DNA from: Octopus vulgaris
Taxonomy: Eukaryota
Assembly (NCBI GenBank): GCA_951406725.2
Contig: OX597815.1
Span: 107,880,001 to 107,944,000 of the forward strand
Length of the DNA stretch: 64,000 bases
Direction of reading: 5' to 3'
A program made the position numbers and the translations under genes. Position 1 is the stretch's first letter, and every line of letters starts with the position of its first letter. A model generated the notes under the pieces. The model was not told the origin of the DNA, did not search any database, and saw nothing but the letters and a program-made list of their open reading frames with translations. This document shows positions 40,009 to 52,085 of this stretch, one piece after another.

Positions 40009-42482
40009 ATATCTGTTTCAACACACGACTTCACATAAAAAATCTTGCACAACAAATATTTAAACGTATATATATATATAAAGCGGACGTTAAACGATGA
40101 TGATGATGATGATGATTGATAATAAGGAGAATGAAAAATCTGAACATTCAAACTCTAAGTTTATTTCCAGTTAGTTTATTCATATATATATATATATATG
40201 TGTGTTGTGTGTGTGTGTGTGTGTGTGTAGCTCTTCCATTTTTTTAATTATTATAAATCTTCCCTTGAGGAGGGAGCCGGTTTCCAACAAAGATACAAGG
40301 TTCCATCTTTGGGATGTAGTCAACATGTATGTATGTATGTATGTATGTATGTATGTATGTATGTATGTATGTATGCATGTGTATACACACTGATACACAC
40401 ACACACACACACACGCATGTAACTAAATATAACTGGTTTTATGAAATTCTCATGCTGTGTTTGAACTCTCCCTTAGCTTGTATATTGTAATAAATATTTA
40501 ATACAGAGTTTTCCTTGTGAAAAGCTAAAAAAAATTATACTTGTAAGGACATAAAAATTCAGATTGCTTGGAACTAGCAACCCTGGACCAAGTCTAGTGG
40601 CATACAATTCCTTAGGAGCTAAATCTAGCAGAGTTCCTTCCACTCCAAGTCTAAACACACCTGATTCTTTCCAGAAAGAAAAAGAGAAAATATGAAGAGC
40701 TGATCCCAGTTCTTCAGGACTGTTGCTTTGTTTATTGACTCCAAAGGAATAAAAAGATAAGCTGATCTTTGTAGGATTTGAACTCAGTGAACAGGGAGTT
40801 AGAAAGAATCCTACAAATTATTCTATCCTCTGCTCTAACTACTCTACTGATTTGTTCCATTATATCATCACTATCTATGTCAATATATTAGTGGCTACAT
40901 CAAACATCATGCCAGCACAATTTATGTACTGACCAATCAGAAATGAATGTTCCATCTGACATCTTGTCATATCATTTGTTGTATATTTTTAATTAAAATG
41001 GTTCATAGCCAAAGCAGAGAGCAGTCAGTGACTGGAAATTTTTTGTTTCGGTCAGTTTCCTATAAGATGATTGAATTAAAATTTGTTCCAAAGGCTATGC
41101 TACGAACTGTGATTCTATCTATTTTGTTGTAAATATGACTGGCTATATAACGTTTGTAACTATCTCATTAGCTAAAATATTGGTTATATAACTATTGTTA
41201 TACCTTGGAACTGCTTAAACAAAACCAAATTATCTGAACATTTAGTAACAGTAACAGAAGGCATAAAAGTAAGTAGTTGTTGCATGGTGCTGGTGTGATT
41301 GTGTTCTCAAGAAGTTTGCTTCACAACCACATGTATAACAAGTAATGAACATGTGATAAATTCTTTCTTTATCATCTTATTTGGATTATGTATTATTCTT
41401 TGTAAGATTTATGAGTGATGTACCTAAATTTTCTACACCAGTGCAATTTGAATCTTCCTTGGGATTCTAATTTGAAATGGAAAAATGCCATGCTGGAGAA
41501 GACCTGTCCAACCCATCCAATCTTGAAAAAGAAATCAATGTAAATCGGTGATGGTAGTGATGATGATGATGATGATGATGACGATATGGATATTATACTG
41601 GGCTTGTATCTGTTCAGGTTGCTCCGAGCTCTGTGTCTTGGTTTGCTGCAGTGAACCGAGAAAAGAGAAGTGATCAGAACAAAATTTTCAAGGGTGATTT
41701 ATTTTTTTCCTGACTTAAGCTTGAAACCATGGGAAAGGTTTGCCCTTAAGCAAAATGGAGGTGTTTTTATAAATTTTTATATATTTTATATATTTTTATA
41801 TATTTTATATATCTATATATTTTTCTTATTTTATTGCTGCTGCTGCTGCTGCTGTTGCTGCTCTTTGCTCAAAGTCAGCCTTGAGAGAACAGATGTATGG
41901 ACAAGCACATCCTATCCATGACTACCTTGCCTGTTTTTTCAGATGTGGTATTTCTAGAACTTCATGACAATGTTTCCTTTCTTTTCTTAAGACTGTAGGA
42001 TGTAATTTGAGGGTGATATACCTTCTAATTCTGGCTGGTTGAGTAACCACACATGTATCAGGCCTGAGTGTTGAATTAATGCTATAATATGCTATAACAC
42101 AAAGGTAGTTCGTCAGAGGACTAAGAGTTATTTACAGTGCAAGAACTCCAGGATAAAACTCTTCTAACTTCCACATTTTGGAGGATCATACTGTGCACTG
42201 TGATATGCGGTAATTTACTGTAAAGAGTGCACATTTATGTCACAACTATCATGTGATGTGAACACAAGGAAATGCACTAACATACACAAACACACACATA
42301 CAATGAGCTACTTTCAGTTCCTATCAATCAAATCCATTCACAAGGCTTTGGTTGACCCAGGGCTATAATAGAAGACACTTGCTGAATGTGCATTTTAGTA
42401 GGACCAAACCTAAAATTTGGTCTAACTACAATGCATGAGTTTGGGTCCAGTCAGCTATTCATTGCACTTATATTCATACATA

Positions 42483-43680
42483 TCAGGTTGAATCAAAGGT
42501 GTTTGCAAATTTTCACTGACGATTTTTGGCAACTTGTATCTCCATGTTGTATCATTTATTTACTACAACATGTCGAATCATTGCTGAGTTGTTTATTCAG
42601 GTGAAGAAAATTATAACCATGATATGCTATTAAGGTAAAAAAACAAAAAAAGAACTGAGTGCAAGTGAAAAAGCAAAAGAAAAAAATTAATGATGTACAA
42701 GGCTCAGGAACTGGTAATAAATGTGCAGCACAAAACTGGTTCAGACATTTTAAAGAAGGTGACATCAGCCTTGAAGACAAGCCATGGTCAGGGAAACCTT
42801 TTGTTGTGGAAGATGCTTGAATTGGTTGAACAACAAGCACAAGCACTCATACATTGCTAGCAGAACTTGGTCCTTCACAAATCCTCAACAATGAATGCTT
42901 CCATAACCTTGGCCTTGTGAACAGATGATGAGAAGCGTCTCATGAACTGATCAATGACCAGGCTCAATGATGTAAACATTTGCAAACAACTGCAGGCAAA
43001 TCCTCAAGATGATTGTTTTTGTCATTGAATTGTATCTGGAGATGAAAAATAGATCTAATTTCATAATCCTAATGAGAGAAACCAGTGGTTTTGTTCTGGA
43101 CAGGCTTCAGAATCTACTGTCAAACATGGGCTGTTTGAACAGGTCATGTTGTATATTTGGAATGTTGGAATTTTGAGGGGGTGTTGCACTTTGATCGTGT
43201 CTCAGATGGTCATACTGTAAATGCTAATCTTTATGTTCAACAACTTCAGAGAATATACAATGTTTTGAAAGCCCACTGCCCAACATTGGTCCATCAAAAA
43301 TATGCACTCCTACAGCATGACGATGCCCCAGTACACTCTGTCAATGTGATCTGACACATACTTGAGAAACTTGAGGGGCTAGAAGTGCTGCCTAACCTTG
43401 CCTAGAATCCAGACATTGCACTATCAGATTACTACCTTTCCTAAGCCATGGCTGCATGGCAGAAGTGGAACAATGTGGATGAGGTTTAATATAGGTGCAG
43501 TGAGATTTTGCCTCAAAACCAGCCAAATAATATTAATGTGGAATTGATCTTTTGGTACAAGGGCGACAAATAATAGAATATTATGGGACATATTTTGATG
43601 AATAAACACTTTTCTTATGTAATTAGTTTGAATTATTAATTAAAGCTTGGAATAAGAAAATAACTTTTGACTCAACCTGG
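42483..43680 (+). mobile_element. Near-full-length decayed mariner transposon
   Basis: TIRs TCAGGTTGAATCAAAGGT and ACTTTTGACTCAACCTGG, TA on both sides. WFRHFKEGDISLEDKPWSGKP, IVSGDEK, LLQHDDAPVH, NPDIALSDYYLF, with multiple stops. Confidence 0.9.
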
Positions 43681-44497
43681 TACATACATACATACATACA
43701 TATACATACACAAATGCATATATACACATAAACACATGTATTATATGTGCATGTTTGAATATATTTGGGTGTATACTTTTGTCTGTCTATCTATTTATCT
43801 ATTTCTCTGTCTCACTCAATACACACACACACACACATATATACATACACATCTATATGTGTTTGTGTTTATCGCTAAATATATATACCCGTAAGTATGT
43901 ATGTGTCTCACATACGAAGAGAACTTCTGAACTGCTACCTCTTACCCAGTTACTTTGCTTTCTTCCCATTCCATTCACCACCCGTCACCACACTCCACCT
44001 TCTATTGGCTACTGTCTAGGTCACGATGTTCCTATCCCAGTTTCCATCACAGGAAGCTTCGTTTCATTCTTTCCTCCTGCTTCCCAGTATGCAGAGTAGC
44101 AAGTGAAAACTACGAAACCATCTTCCTACCCTCTCCTCCTCTCTCTCCTACTCCTCCTTCTTTTCCTTTTTCTCCTGCAATGCCACCCTACCTCCCCTAC
44201 CTCACCTCAATCACACCCCATTCCTCCTCCCCCCCACACCACATTACATCACACTACACATATTCTGCGCTGGTGCCAATCCCTCCCTCCCCTTCTTTCA
44301 CCATTCTTTTTTGCAACATGACACACAATCAGGTATGTGTGTCCGTGTGAAGGGGGTGGTAGAGGTGGGGTGGTGAAGATGGTGGTTGGAGGGTGGCCTC
44401 CCCCGCCACCACCTCCACCACTCCCTCATTCAACCACTCAGTAATTTGTAAAACACCCTTTTATTTCAACCCAATGACTGAAATCTGTTGAATATAC

Positions 44498-44542
<45 letters not shown>

Positions 44543-44587
44543 TACATACATGCATACATACATACATATTATAGATATATATATATA

Positions 44588-44624
<37 letters not shown>

Positions 44625-44749
44625 GCATATATATATATATATATACATGCATATATATATATATATATACATGCATATATATATGTGCATGTTTGTATAT
44701 TTGTGTGCTTATATGTGTGTGTATACATATATATATATAATATATATAC

Positions 44750-44787
<38 letters not shown>

Positions 44788-45294
44788 TATATATATAATG
44801 TTATTTTGGGTATGTTATTATCAAGCCTAAGAAATGTTTTCTGCTGAGTACAACTTTAATTATTTACATATTTCTTTCCTCTCTGTCTTCTCTGTTCTGC
44901 TACTTTTCACGAACAGAATGTTTCTGCACCTGCTGTCTTTATACTTGCCACTGTTGATGATGATGATGATAATAATGATGATCATCACTGTGGTGGCGGT
45001 GGTGGTGATGACGATGATGACGATGCTTGTATTACTTATGTTGTTGCTGTTGATGATGCTGATGATGATATTGATGCTTATACAACTACTGTTGCTGCTG
45101 TTTCATTATCCCAGCTGTTCATTTTGTAGTTGTCATTATTAATATTGCTGCTGCTGCTTTTATTTACATTAATATTATGGCTATTGCTGCTATTGTTGAT
45201 GTAAACGTTAACGATAATGATATTTTTCTTTATGTTGCTATTGCTGTATGTTGCTAATAAACACTTTGGCAGTAACAACTGCTGCTATTATTAG

Positions 45295-45830
45295 TGATGT
45301 TGCTATTGTGTGTTGCTAATATTACTGTTGTTGCTGTTGATTTGATTTCTTGCTGTTTAATGTTGCTAATGTATATTTTAGTCATATACAATTGCAGCAG
45401 TTGTTGATGTTGCTATTACTAGTTTACTGCTGTGTGTTGCTAATATTACTGCTGTTACTGTTGATTTGATTTCTTGCTGTTCAATGTTGCTAATGTATAT
45501 TTTAGTCATATGCAATAGCAGCAGTTGTTGATGTTGCTATTACTAGTTTACTGCAGTGTGTTGCTAATATTACTGCTGTTACTGTTGATTTGATTTCTTG
45601 CTGTTCCATGTTGCTAATGTATATTTTAGTTATATACAATTGCAGCAGTTGTTGATGTTGCTATTACTAGTTTACTGCTGTGAGTTGCTAATATTACTGC
45701 TGTTACTGTTGATTTGATTTCTTGCTGTTCAATGTTGCTAATGTATATTTTAGTCATATACAATTGCAGCAGTTGTTGATGTTGCTATTACTAGTTTACT
45801 GCTGTGTGTTGCTAATATTGCTGCTGTTGC
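45295..45830. repeat. 124-bp minisatellite, ~4.3 copies
   Basis: TTTGATTTCTTGCTG recurs at 45341, 45465, 45589 and 45713; degenerate units continue to ~46060. Confidence 0.9.
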
Positions 45831-46066
45831 TACATTTGCTGTCAGATGTTATTACTGTATCTTTTATCTAAAAGCAATTGCTATGGTTGCTAATGGTCTT
45901 CTAACAAGTGTTACTGTTGTTGTGTATATGTGCTAACATTGCCAATTTTACTGTTGATTCTGTTCTTGCTGTTCAATGTTGTTAATGTAAATTGTAGTTA
46001 CAGCAATATGTTGATGTTGCTATTACTAGTTTACTACTGTGATTTGCTAATATTACTGCTGTTGTT

Positions 46067-46550
46067 AAGGTGGTGAGCTGGCGGAAACATTAGCACACCA
46101 GGCAAAATGCTTAGCGGTATTTTGTCTGCTGTCTAAGGCAGTGAGCTGGCAGAATCGTTAGCATACCAGGCAAAATGCTTAGTGGTATTTCGTCTGTCTT
46201 TACGTTCTGAGTTCGAATTCCGGCAAGGTCGACTTTGCCTTTCATCCTTTTGGGGTCGATTAAATAAGTACCAGTTACGCACTGGGGTCGCTATAATCGA
46301 CTTAAACCGTTTTCTGTCCTTATTTGTACTCTCTGTGTTTAACCCCTTGTGGGTAGTAAAGAAATAGGTATTTCGTCTGTCTTTACATTCTAAGTTCAAA
46401 TTCTGCTGAGGTTAATTTTGCCTTTCATCCTTCTGGGATCGATAAATTAAGTACGAGTTGTGTCCTGAGGTCAATCTAATCGACTGGCCCACTCCCCCCC
46501 AACCCACCCCACAAAATTTCGGGCCTTGTGCTTAGAATAGAAAAGAATAT
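46067..46550 (+). mobile_element. SINE family B cluster (head, full copy, re-entered body)
   Basis: Heads at 46067 and 46135; the body restarts at GGTATTTCGTCTG (~46367). Confidence 0.85.
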
Positions 46551-47883
46551 AACTGCTGTCACTACTTTTACCGTCGGATGTAACTACTGTATCTTTTATC
46601 TGAAAGTAATTGTTACTGTTGCTAATGTTTCTCTAACTAGTGTTCTGTTGTGTATATGTGCCAACATTGCCACTATTACTGTTGATTCTCCTGCTACAGC
46701 TATTGTTTCTGTACTTTTTAAGCTGAATGCAACTGATGCATTTACCAAGTATTTAGCCTAAATTTGAGACGCCAGCAAAAGAAGAAATAAAGATAAACTT
46801 TTTTCTATTCCAAAGAAAAACGATTTTATTCACACAAATATATTTTAACTATTAAATATAACGGATAATATTTAATAGAGTTTAATTTAATTTAAATATT
46901 TAATAGAGTTTAATTTAATAGAGTTTAATAGAGTTGCTAATACTGCTGTCGTATTTGCTGTTGCTTTATGATAAAGATTATCACTGTTGTTGCTATTGTT
47001 GATTAATAAACTACAGCCAGCCTATGTCACTAATGCTGCCACCAGCCTGTGTTGCTAACACTGCTGTCAGTTTACATTTCTAACACTGCTGCCAGCCTGT
47101 GTTGCTAACACTGCTGCAATGGTTGCTTCATTGTTGTTGTTATTCCTTAGCACCAGGTCAACCCTAACTGAGTGGAGCTAGGATCAAAAGCATAACTATA
47201 CTGTCTCTTTAGACAGTACAGACTATTTTAACCAATGAGTCTTAATTTTATTTTAAGATAGGAAGGTGTGATTTGATGGAGGCTTGGCTGCTGCTTCTAG
47301 CAGTTTTAGTGATAGTGATTCCCACACATGCTCATTGTTACTGCTGTTGTTTAACCCTAGGTTTTCCTTGATTGAGTGCACCCATGATTGTCATATTTTT
47401 TCTTATTGCAAGTACATGTTGCTATTAGTTATTGGTGATACTATTAACACCACATTCCCTGAAATATACAGATTTTCTACATTACCAAACAAAATCAATA
47501 CACACACACATACACACACACTCACATGCACACATGCATACATACATACATGCATACATACGTACATACATATATATATAAGAAACAAAGAGTTTATGAA
47601 GTATTTTGACCAGATTGATAATTCCTCACAATTAGTTCTATTTTAACATTTATAAATATATAAATACATATATATGAGGGAGAGAGAGAGAGAGAGGGAG
47701 AGAGAGAGAGAGAGGGAGAGAGAGGGGGAGTGACAGACAGACAGACAGACAGATAGATAGATAGATAAACAGAGAGAGGGATACAGTTTAGTTTGATGAT
47801 ATGCTGGGATCCATTGTCAGTGATGTTTCTGGGGTTTAAGGGGAAAAGTGATGGCCTCTTTCTTGGGATGGTATTTACTTGGG

Positions 47884-48123
47884 AAGGCGGCGAGCTAGCA
47901 GAAACGTTAGCATGCCGGGCAAAATGCATAGCCATATTTCGTCTGCCGTTACGTTCTGAGTTCAAATTCTGCCGCGGTCGACTTTGCCTTTCATCCTTTC
48001 GTGGTCGATAAGTTAAGTACCAGCTACCCACTGGGGTCGATATAATCGACTTAATCCATTTGTCTGTCCTTGTTTGTCCCCTCTGTGTGTAGCCTCTTGT
48101 GGGCAGTAAAGAAATAGGTATTT
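47884..48123 (+). mobile_element. SINE family B, young copy
   Basis: AAGGCGGCGAGCTAGCAGAA...GAGTTCAAATTC...GCCTTTCATCCTTTCGTGGTCGATAA...AAAGAAATAGGTATTT. Confidence 0.9.
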
Positions 48124-48435
48124 ACTGGAGTGAATGGCTGTTGATATCACCTCCACATCTGCCCCTGTCATCAGCTTTGGGTTCAGAGCAGCTGCTGAGG
48201 TGATGTTGAAAGGATTCTCTTTTAGCATACAAAGCCCAAGATGATGTTTAATTCCTGCTCTTAGCATAAAGGTTTTTTGGACTTGGCAGAGTGTCATAGA
48301 TAGCCTGGATTAGAAATCTGATATGCTGGATGTCATTCCGCCAAAGATCTGAACAGGTAGTTTTCCTCTACTGTATATTGACCCACCTTGTTTAGGCTAT
48401 ACATGCATGTGTGTGTGTATATATATAAATATATA

Positions 48436-50102
48436 TCTATATATATATAACTGAGAATGTGTGTCTGTCTGTCTGTCTGTGTGTTTCCCTAAAACTTGAG
48501 AGCTACACAACCAATTTCATTCAAATTTTACACATGCCTTACTTAAGGTCTGGGGAGTGTCATCTTAACTTTTTTCCTAGGGCGACCCCACAGCAATATC
48601 ATATCTTCTCCACTATTTCAGTTTTACGTGCTAAAAGTGAAACAAAAACATCTCTCTTTTGTAATGCAGACACTTTCACTATTAAAGTGAAAGTATTATA
48701 TAACAGGGATGAACCATTAACAATGGTCATCCATTTTGCTAGAAGATCCGCTATGGTCTTATATGCTACACCACTGGTTTTCAATTCATATTAATCAAAT
48801 TAATATTCAATTTTTCACCCTTATTATGTGTGTGTGTGTGTATTAGCAATTCGTGTAAAATTGCATCAATGACTTGAACTTGAATAAGTGGTTTCACATA
48901 AATGGGGATAAATTAAAAAGGTTTGTTGTTATTATTATTACTGTTTGACTATTGTAATCACGTTTGTTGGTTACTCGTAAGGGAAACGTTATTGTGTTGC
49001 ATTTGTTAAATAATTGTAAACTGTAACCCTAATAATAGTAAACAGTAATAATAATGTCAGTACTCAGTAGAAGCAGCTGTTCGAGAAAACAGACATTACG
49101 TACAACCAAACTTCATGTAGATACTTAATGCTAGCTAATTAGCAGATAATCTAATGTAAAAGCCGTGGTAAAGGGTATTGCACACCTCCATCTGGACTAT
49201 TCCATTTCTGCATGCTAATTTTATTTTTAATTTATTCCCATTCATGTGAAACCACGTAAGGGAAACGTTGTTGTGTTCCATTTGTTAAATAATTGTAAAC
49301 CGTAACCCTCCCCCTTTGGGAGAAGGAGCTTTGGTTATTGTTTAAAATTTCAATTGTGTTCCTGTTTGGAGAAATTGACAATATTTTCACCGTGTATACG
49401 GAAGCATTTTTGTTAAAATGTCTTCGATAGAAGAAAGTCCAAAAATGAATTTCGATGCAGCTGTCGGCGGGCGCGAACTCATTAAAATTAAAATTAATCT
49501 ATTTTGGATTGATCACCGACAAAGACGGTGAATCTAGGATAACACCACCAAACGAAATAAAAAATTAAATTAAAGAAAAGACTATTGTCTATAAAGTATA
49601 CAATATAGAGAAAAAAAAGATTTGAACACCTGGAGGAAAGCATCATCGAAAAGTGTCTTGGTGCGACTATGAAAGATATCTAACCAGTGGCGGTAAATTC
49701 GCCACAATAGAAGCAAGGTTTGAGTCAATGGAGAGTACTCGACTCGAACCTTGCAAAGTGGAAATATTTTGTTTTTACCTTTATATCTGGGACGTAGGAG
49801 GTCCCAGATAAAAATTTAAAATGTCCCCCCAGAAGTAGAGGTAGACTGGATTGTAGCCACACTTCTATACCAAAGGGAGGACAAGATACAATTGATCGAA
49901 ATTGCAAGAGACGGGCCTACAATTCCAGTCTGTTATATATTTTGAGTATTGTTATCACTAGCGATATCAAGATATAACTTTGTATTTTGTACTTTATGTG
50001 TAGATGTATATATATAGATGTACATGTAATATATATACACATATATACACATATATACATGCACTAGCACTATGACCCGGCAACGATGGGTCATAATGCT
50101 AG
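48436..50102 (+). mobile_element. Non-autonomous Helitron (~1.67 kb)
   Basis: A|TCTATATATATATAAC 5' end with GTCT repeats; 3' hairpin TATGACCC..GGGTCATA then CTAG|T; internal ~55-bp direct repeat at 48976 and 49256. Confidence 0.75.
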
Positions 50103-50696
50103 TATATATATATATATGAGCAAAACGCACCCCCCCCCGTTCTAATGGACAGTGCTGATTTGTCAAAGATTTAAACCAAATTTTCTCAAAGCAACTTGTC
50201 TGACCGTCCCATAAGCCTCCCCTTTGAGAAACACTGATTTAGCCTAAATTTGAGACGCCAGCAAAAGAAGAAATAAAGATAAACTTTTTTCTATTCCAAA
50301 GAAAAACGATTTTATTCACACAAATATATTTTAACTATTAACTATAACAGATAATATTTAATAGAGTTTAATTTAATTTAAATATTTAATAGAGTTTAAT
50401 TTAATTTAATTAAAACATAACCCAAGTTGTTGTGGTTGAGGGTCTTTTGGAGTTAAGAGAGGTATGTATGCGTAGTATCAATCGCAATAGCTGATGTACT
50501 TGTGTGTACAAATGCACATTCCCACGGCTTTATCAATCGCATTCTTGCCTGAAATCGAATTTTGTAATTTTTTCAAGACTTATACACGCCCTGATACCGT
50601 TGGTATCTACATATCAAATTTGAGTGCACTCAGATGGATGATACCCGAGATCCGAGAAGACACACACACACAGACAGAACGATTTTATATAATAGA
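50064..50696 (-). mobile_element. Non-autonomous Helitron, opposite orientation
   Basis: Minus-strand 5' end A|TCTATTATATAAAATCGTTCTGTCTGTGTG; its 3' end uses the same hairpin, with CTAG|T at 50064. Confidence 0.75.
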
Positions 50697-51711
50697 TATA
50701 TAGTTTAAAAATCCAATTGAGGTAGAATCAACAAAAACAGTACTCCGTCCAGTGAGAGATAAATATCAATTTAGATACACAAACAAAAGAGCTACTAATA
50801 GTTTCATGCTATTATGATACTTGAACAGGTATATTTTTAAAATATGCCATGTACCTTAAAGCAATCTTTCAGGCTCTGTTTATGTGTTATACATATTTTA
50901 AAAACAAGGAAGCTGGACAGTAAGAAAATACGAAAAAAAAAAGAAAAGAATGTGGAAAAAACATGAAGGAAGTTGGTGAAAAAAATGGAACAGGAAAATA
51001 AAAAAGACATCATGTAAACAAAGATTATTAACCTCCCTGATTGCAGAAAGCTCATTAAATACTACTGGTTTAGAACAAAATAACATAAAATATGTCAAAG
51101 TCTGTTAGACAGTAACTCAATCCAGAGTGGGTGGGAGCCTTCAATTCGATATATATATATACAAACCCAAACCCACACACATAAACGCATGCACACACAC
51201 ACACACGTGCGTGCACACACACATGCACACACACACACATGCACACACACATAATGGCCTTGCACATAGTTTCTGTCACCAAATTCACTCACAAGGAATT
51301 TGTTAGCCCATGACTACAGTTCAAAACACATGAACAAGGTGCTACACAGTGGGAGTGAACCGAAAATCATTTGGTTGTAAAGTTAGCTTTTCAACCACAC
51401 AACCATGCTTGTGCTTTGAAAATTTGATACATTAGTGATTGAGTATTCCAGAGTCAGTTCTCTGGTTGAATTATCATAACACAAGGTTGAAGCTTTGAAT
51501 TACATCTGCAACCCAAAGAGAAAGAAAGAGGGTAAAATCACCCCCAGTATTTGAGTAGTACTTTATCTATTGACACCCCTCCACCAAAAGATGAAAGCCA
51601 ATGTTAATCAATGTAAACCTACCTCCAGATGCTCTAACAAGTCTGTCAGTTTGCTATCTTTCTGTAATACACACATATGTACACACAGACACACATATAC
51701 ATATATATTCT

Positions 51712-52085
51712 TATATTCTTTTACTTGTTTCAGTCATCTGACTGCGGCCATATTGGAGTACCACCTTCAGGGGTTTCAGTCAAAGAAATTTTTGTAAGCC
51801 TAGTACTTATTCTATCAGTTTCTTTTGCCAAACCACTAAGTTACAGGGATGTAAACACATCAGTTGTCAAGTGATGATGATGGGGGACAAACAAAGACAC
51901 AAACATACAAATATATATACATATATATATATATAACAGACTTCTCTCAGTTTCCATCTACCAATTCCACTCACAAGACCTTGATCAGCCAAAGGCTATA
52001 GTAGAAGGGACTTACCCATGTAGTGGGACTGAACCTGGAGCCATGTGGTTGGAAGCAAGCTTCTTACCACACAGCCAGACCTGCA
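51712..52085 (-). mobile_element. SINE family A
   Basis: Reverse complement of family A, diverged. Confidence 0.85.

Noticed and set aside
45295-45830. CRISPR-like array
   Set aside because: Whole 124-bp units repeat with no unique spacers, the context is eukaryotic and there are no cas genes.
50791-50812. GAAA-CTATTAG-TA HHR 3' half on the minus strand
   Set aside because: No upstream core or stem II is identifiable, which is too little to call.
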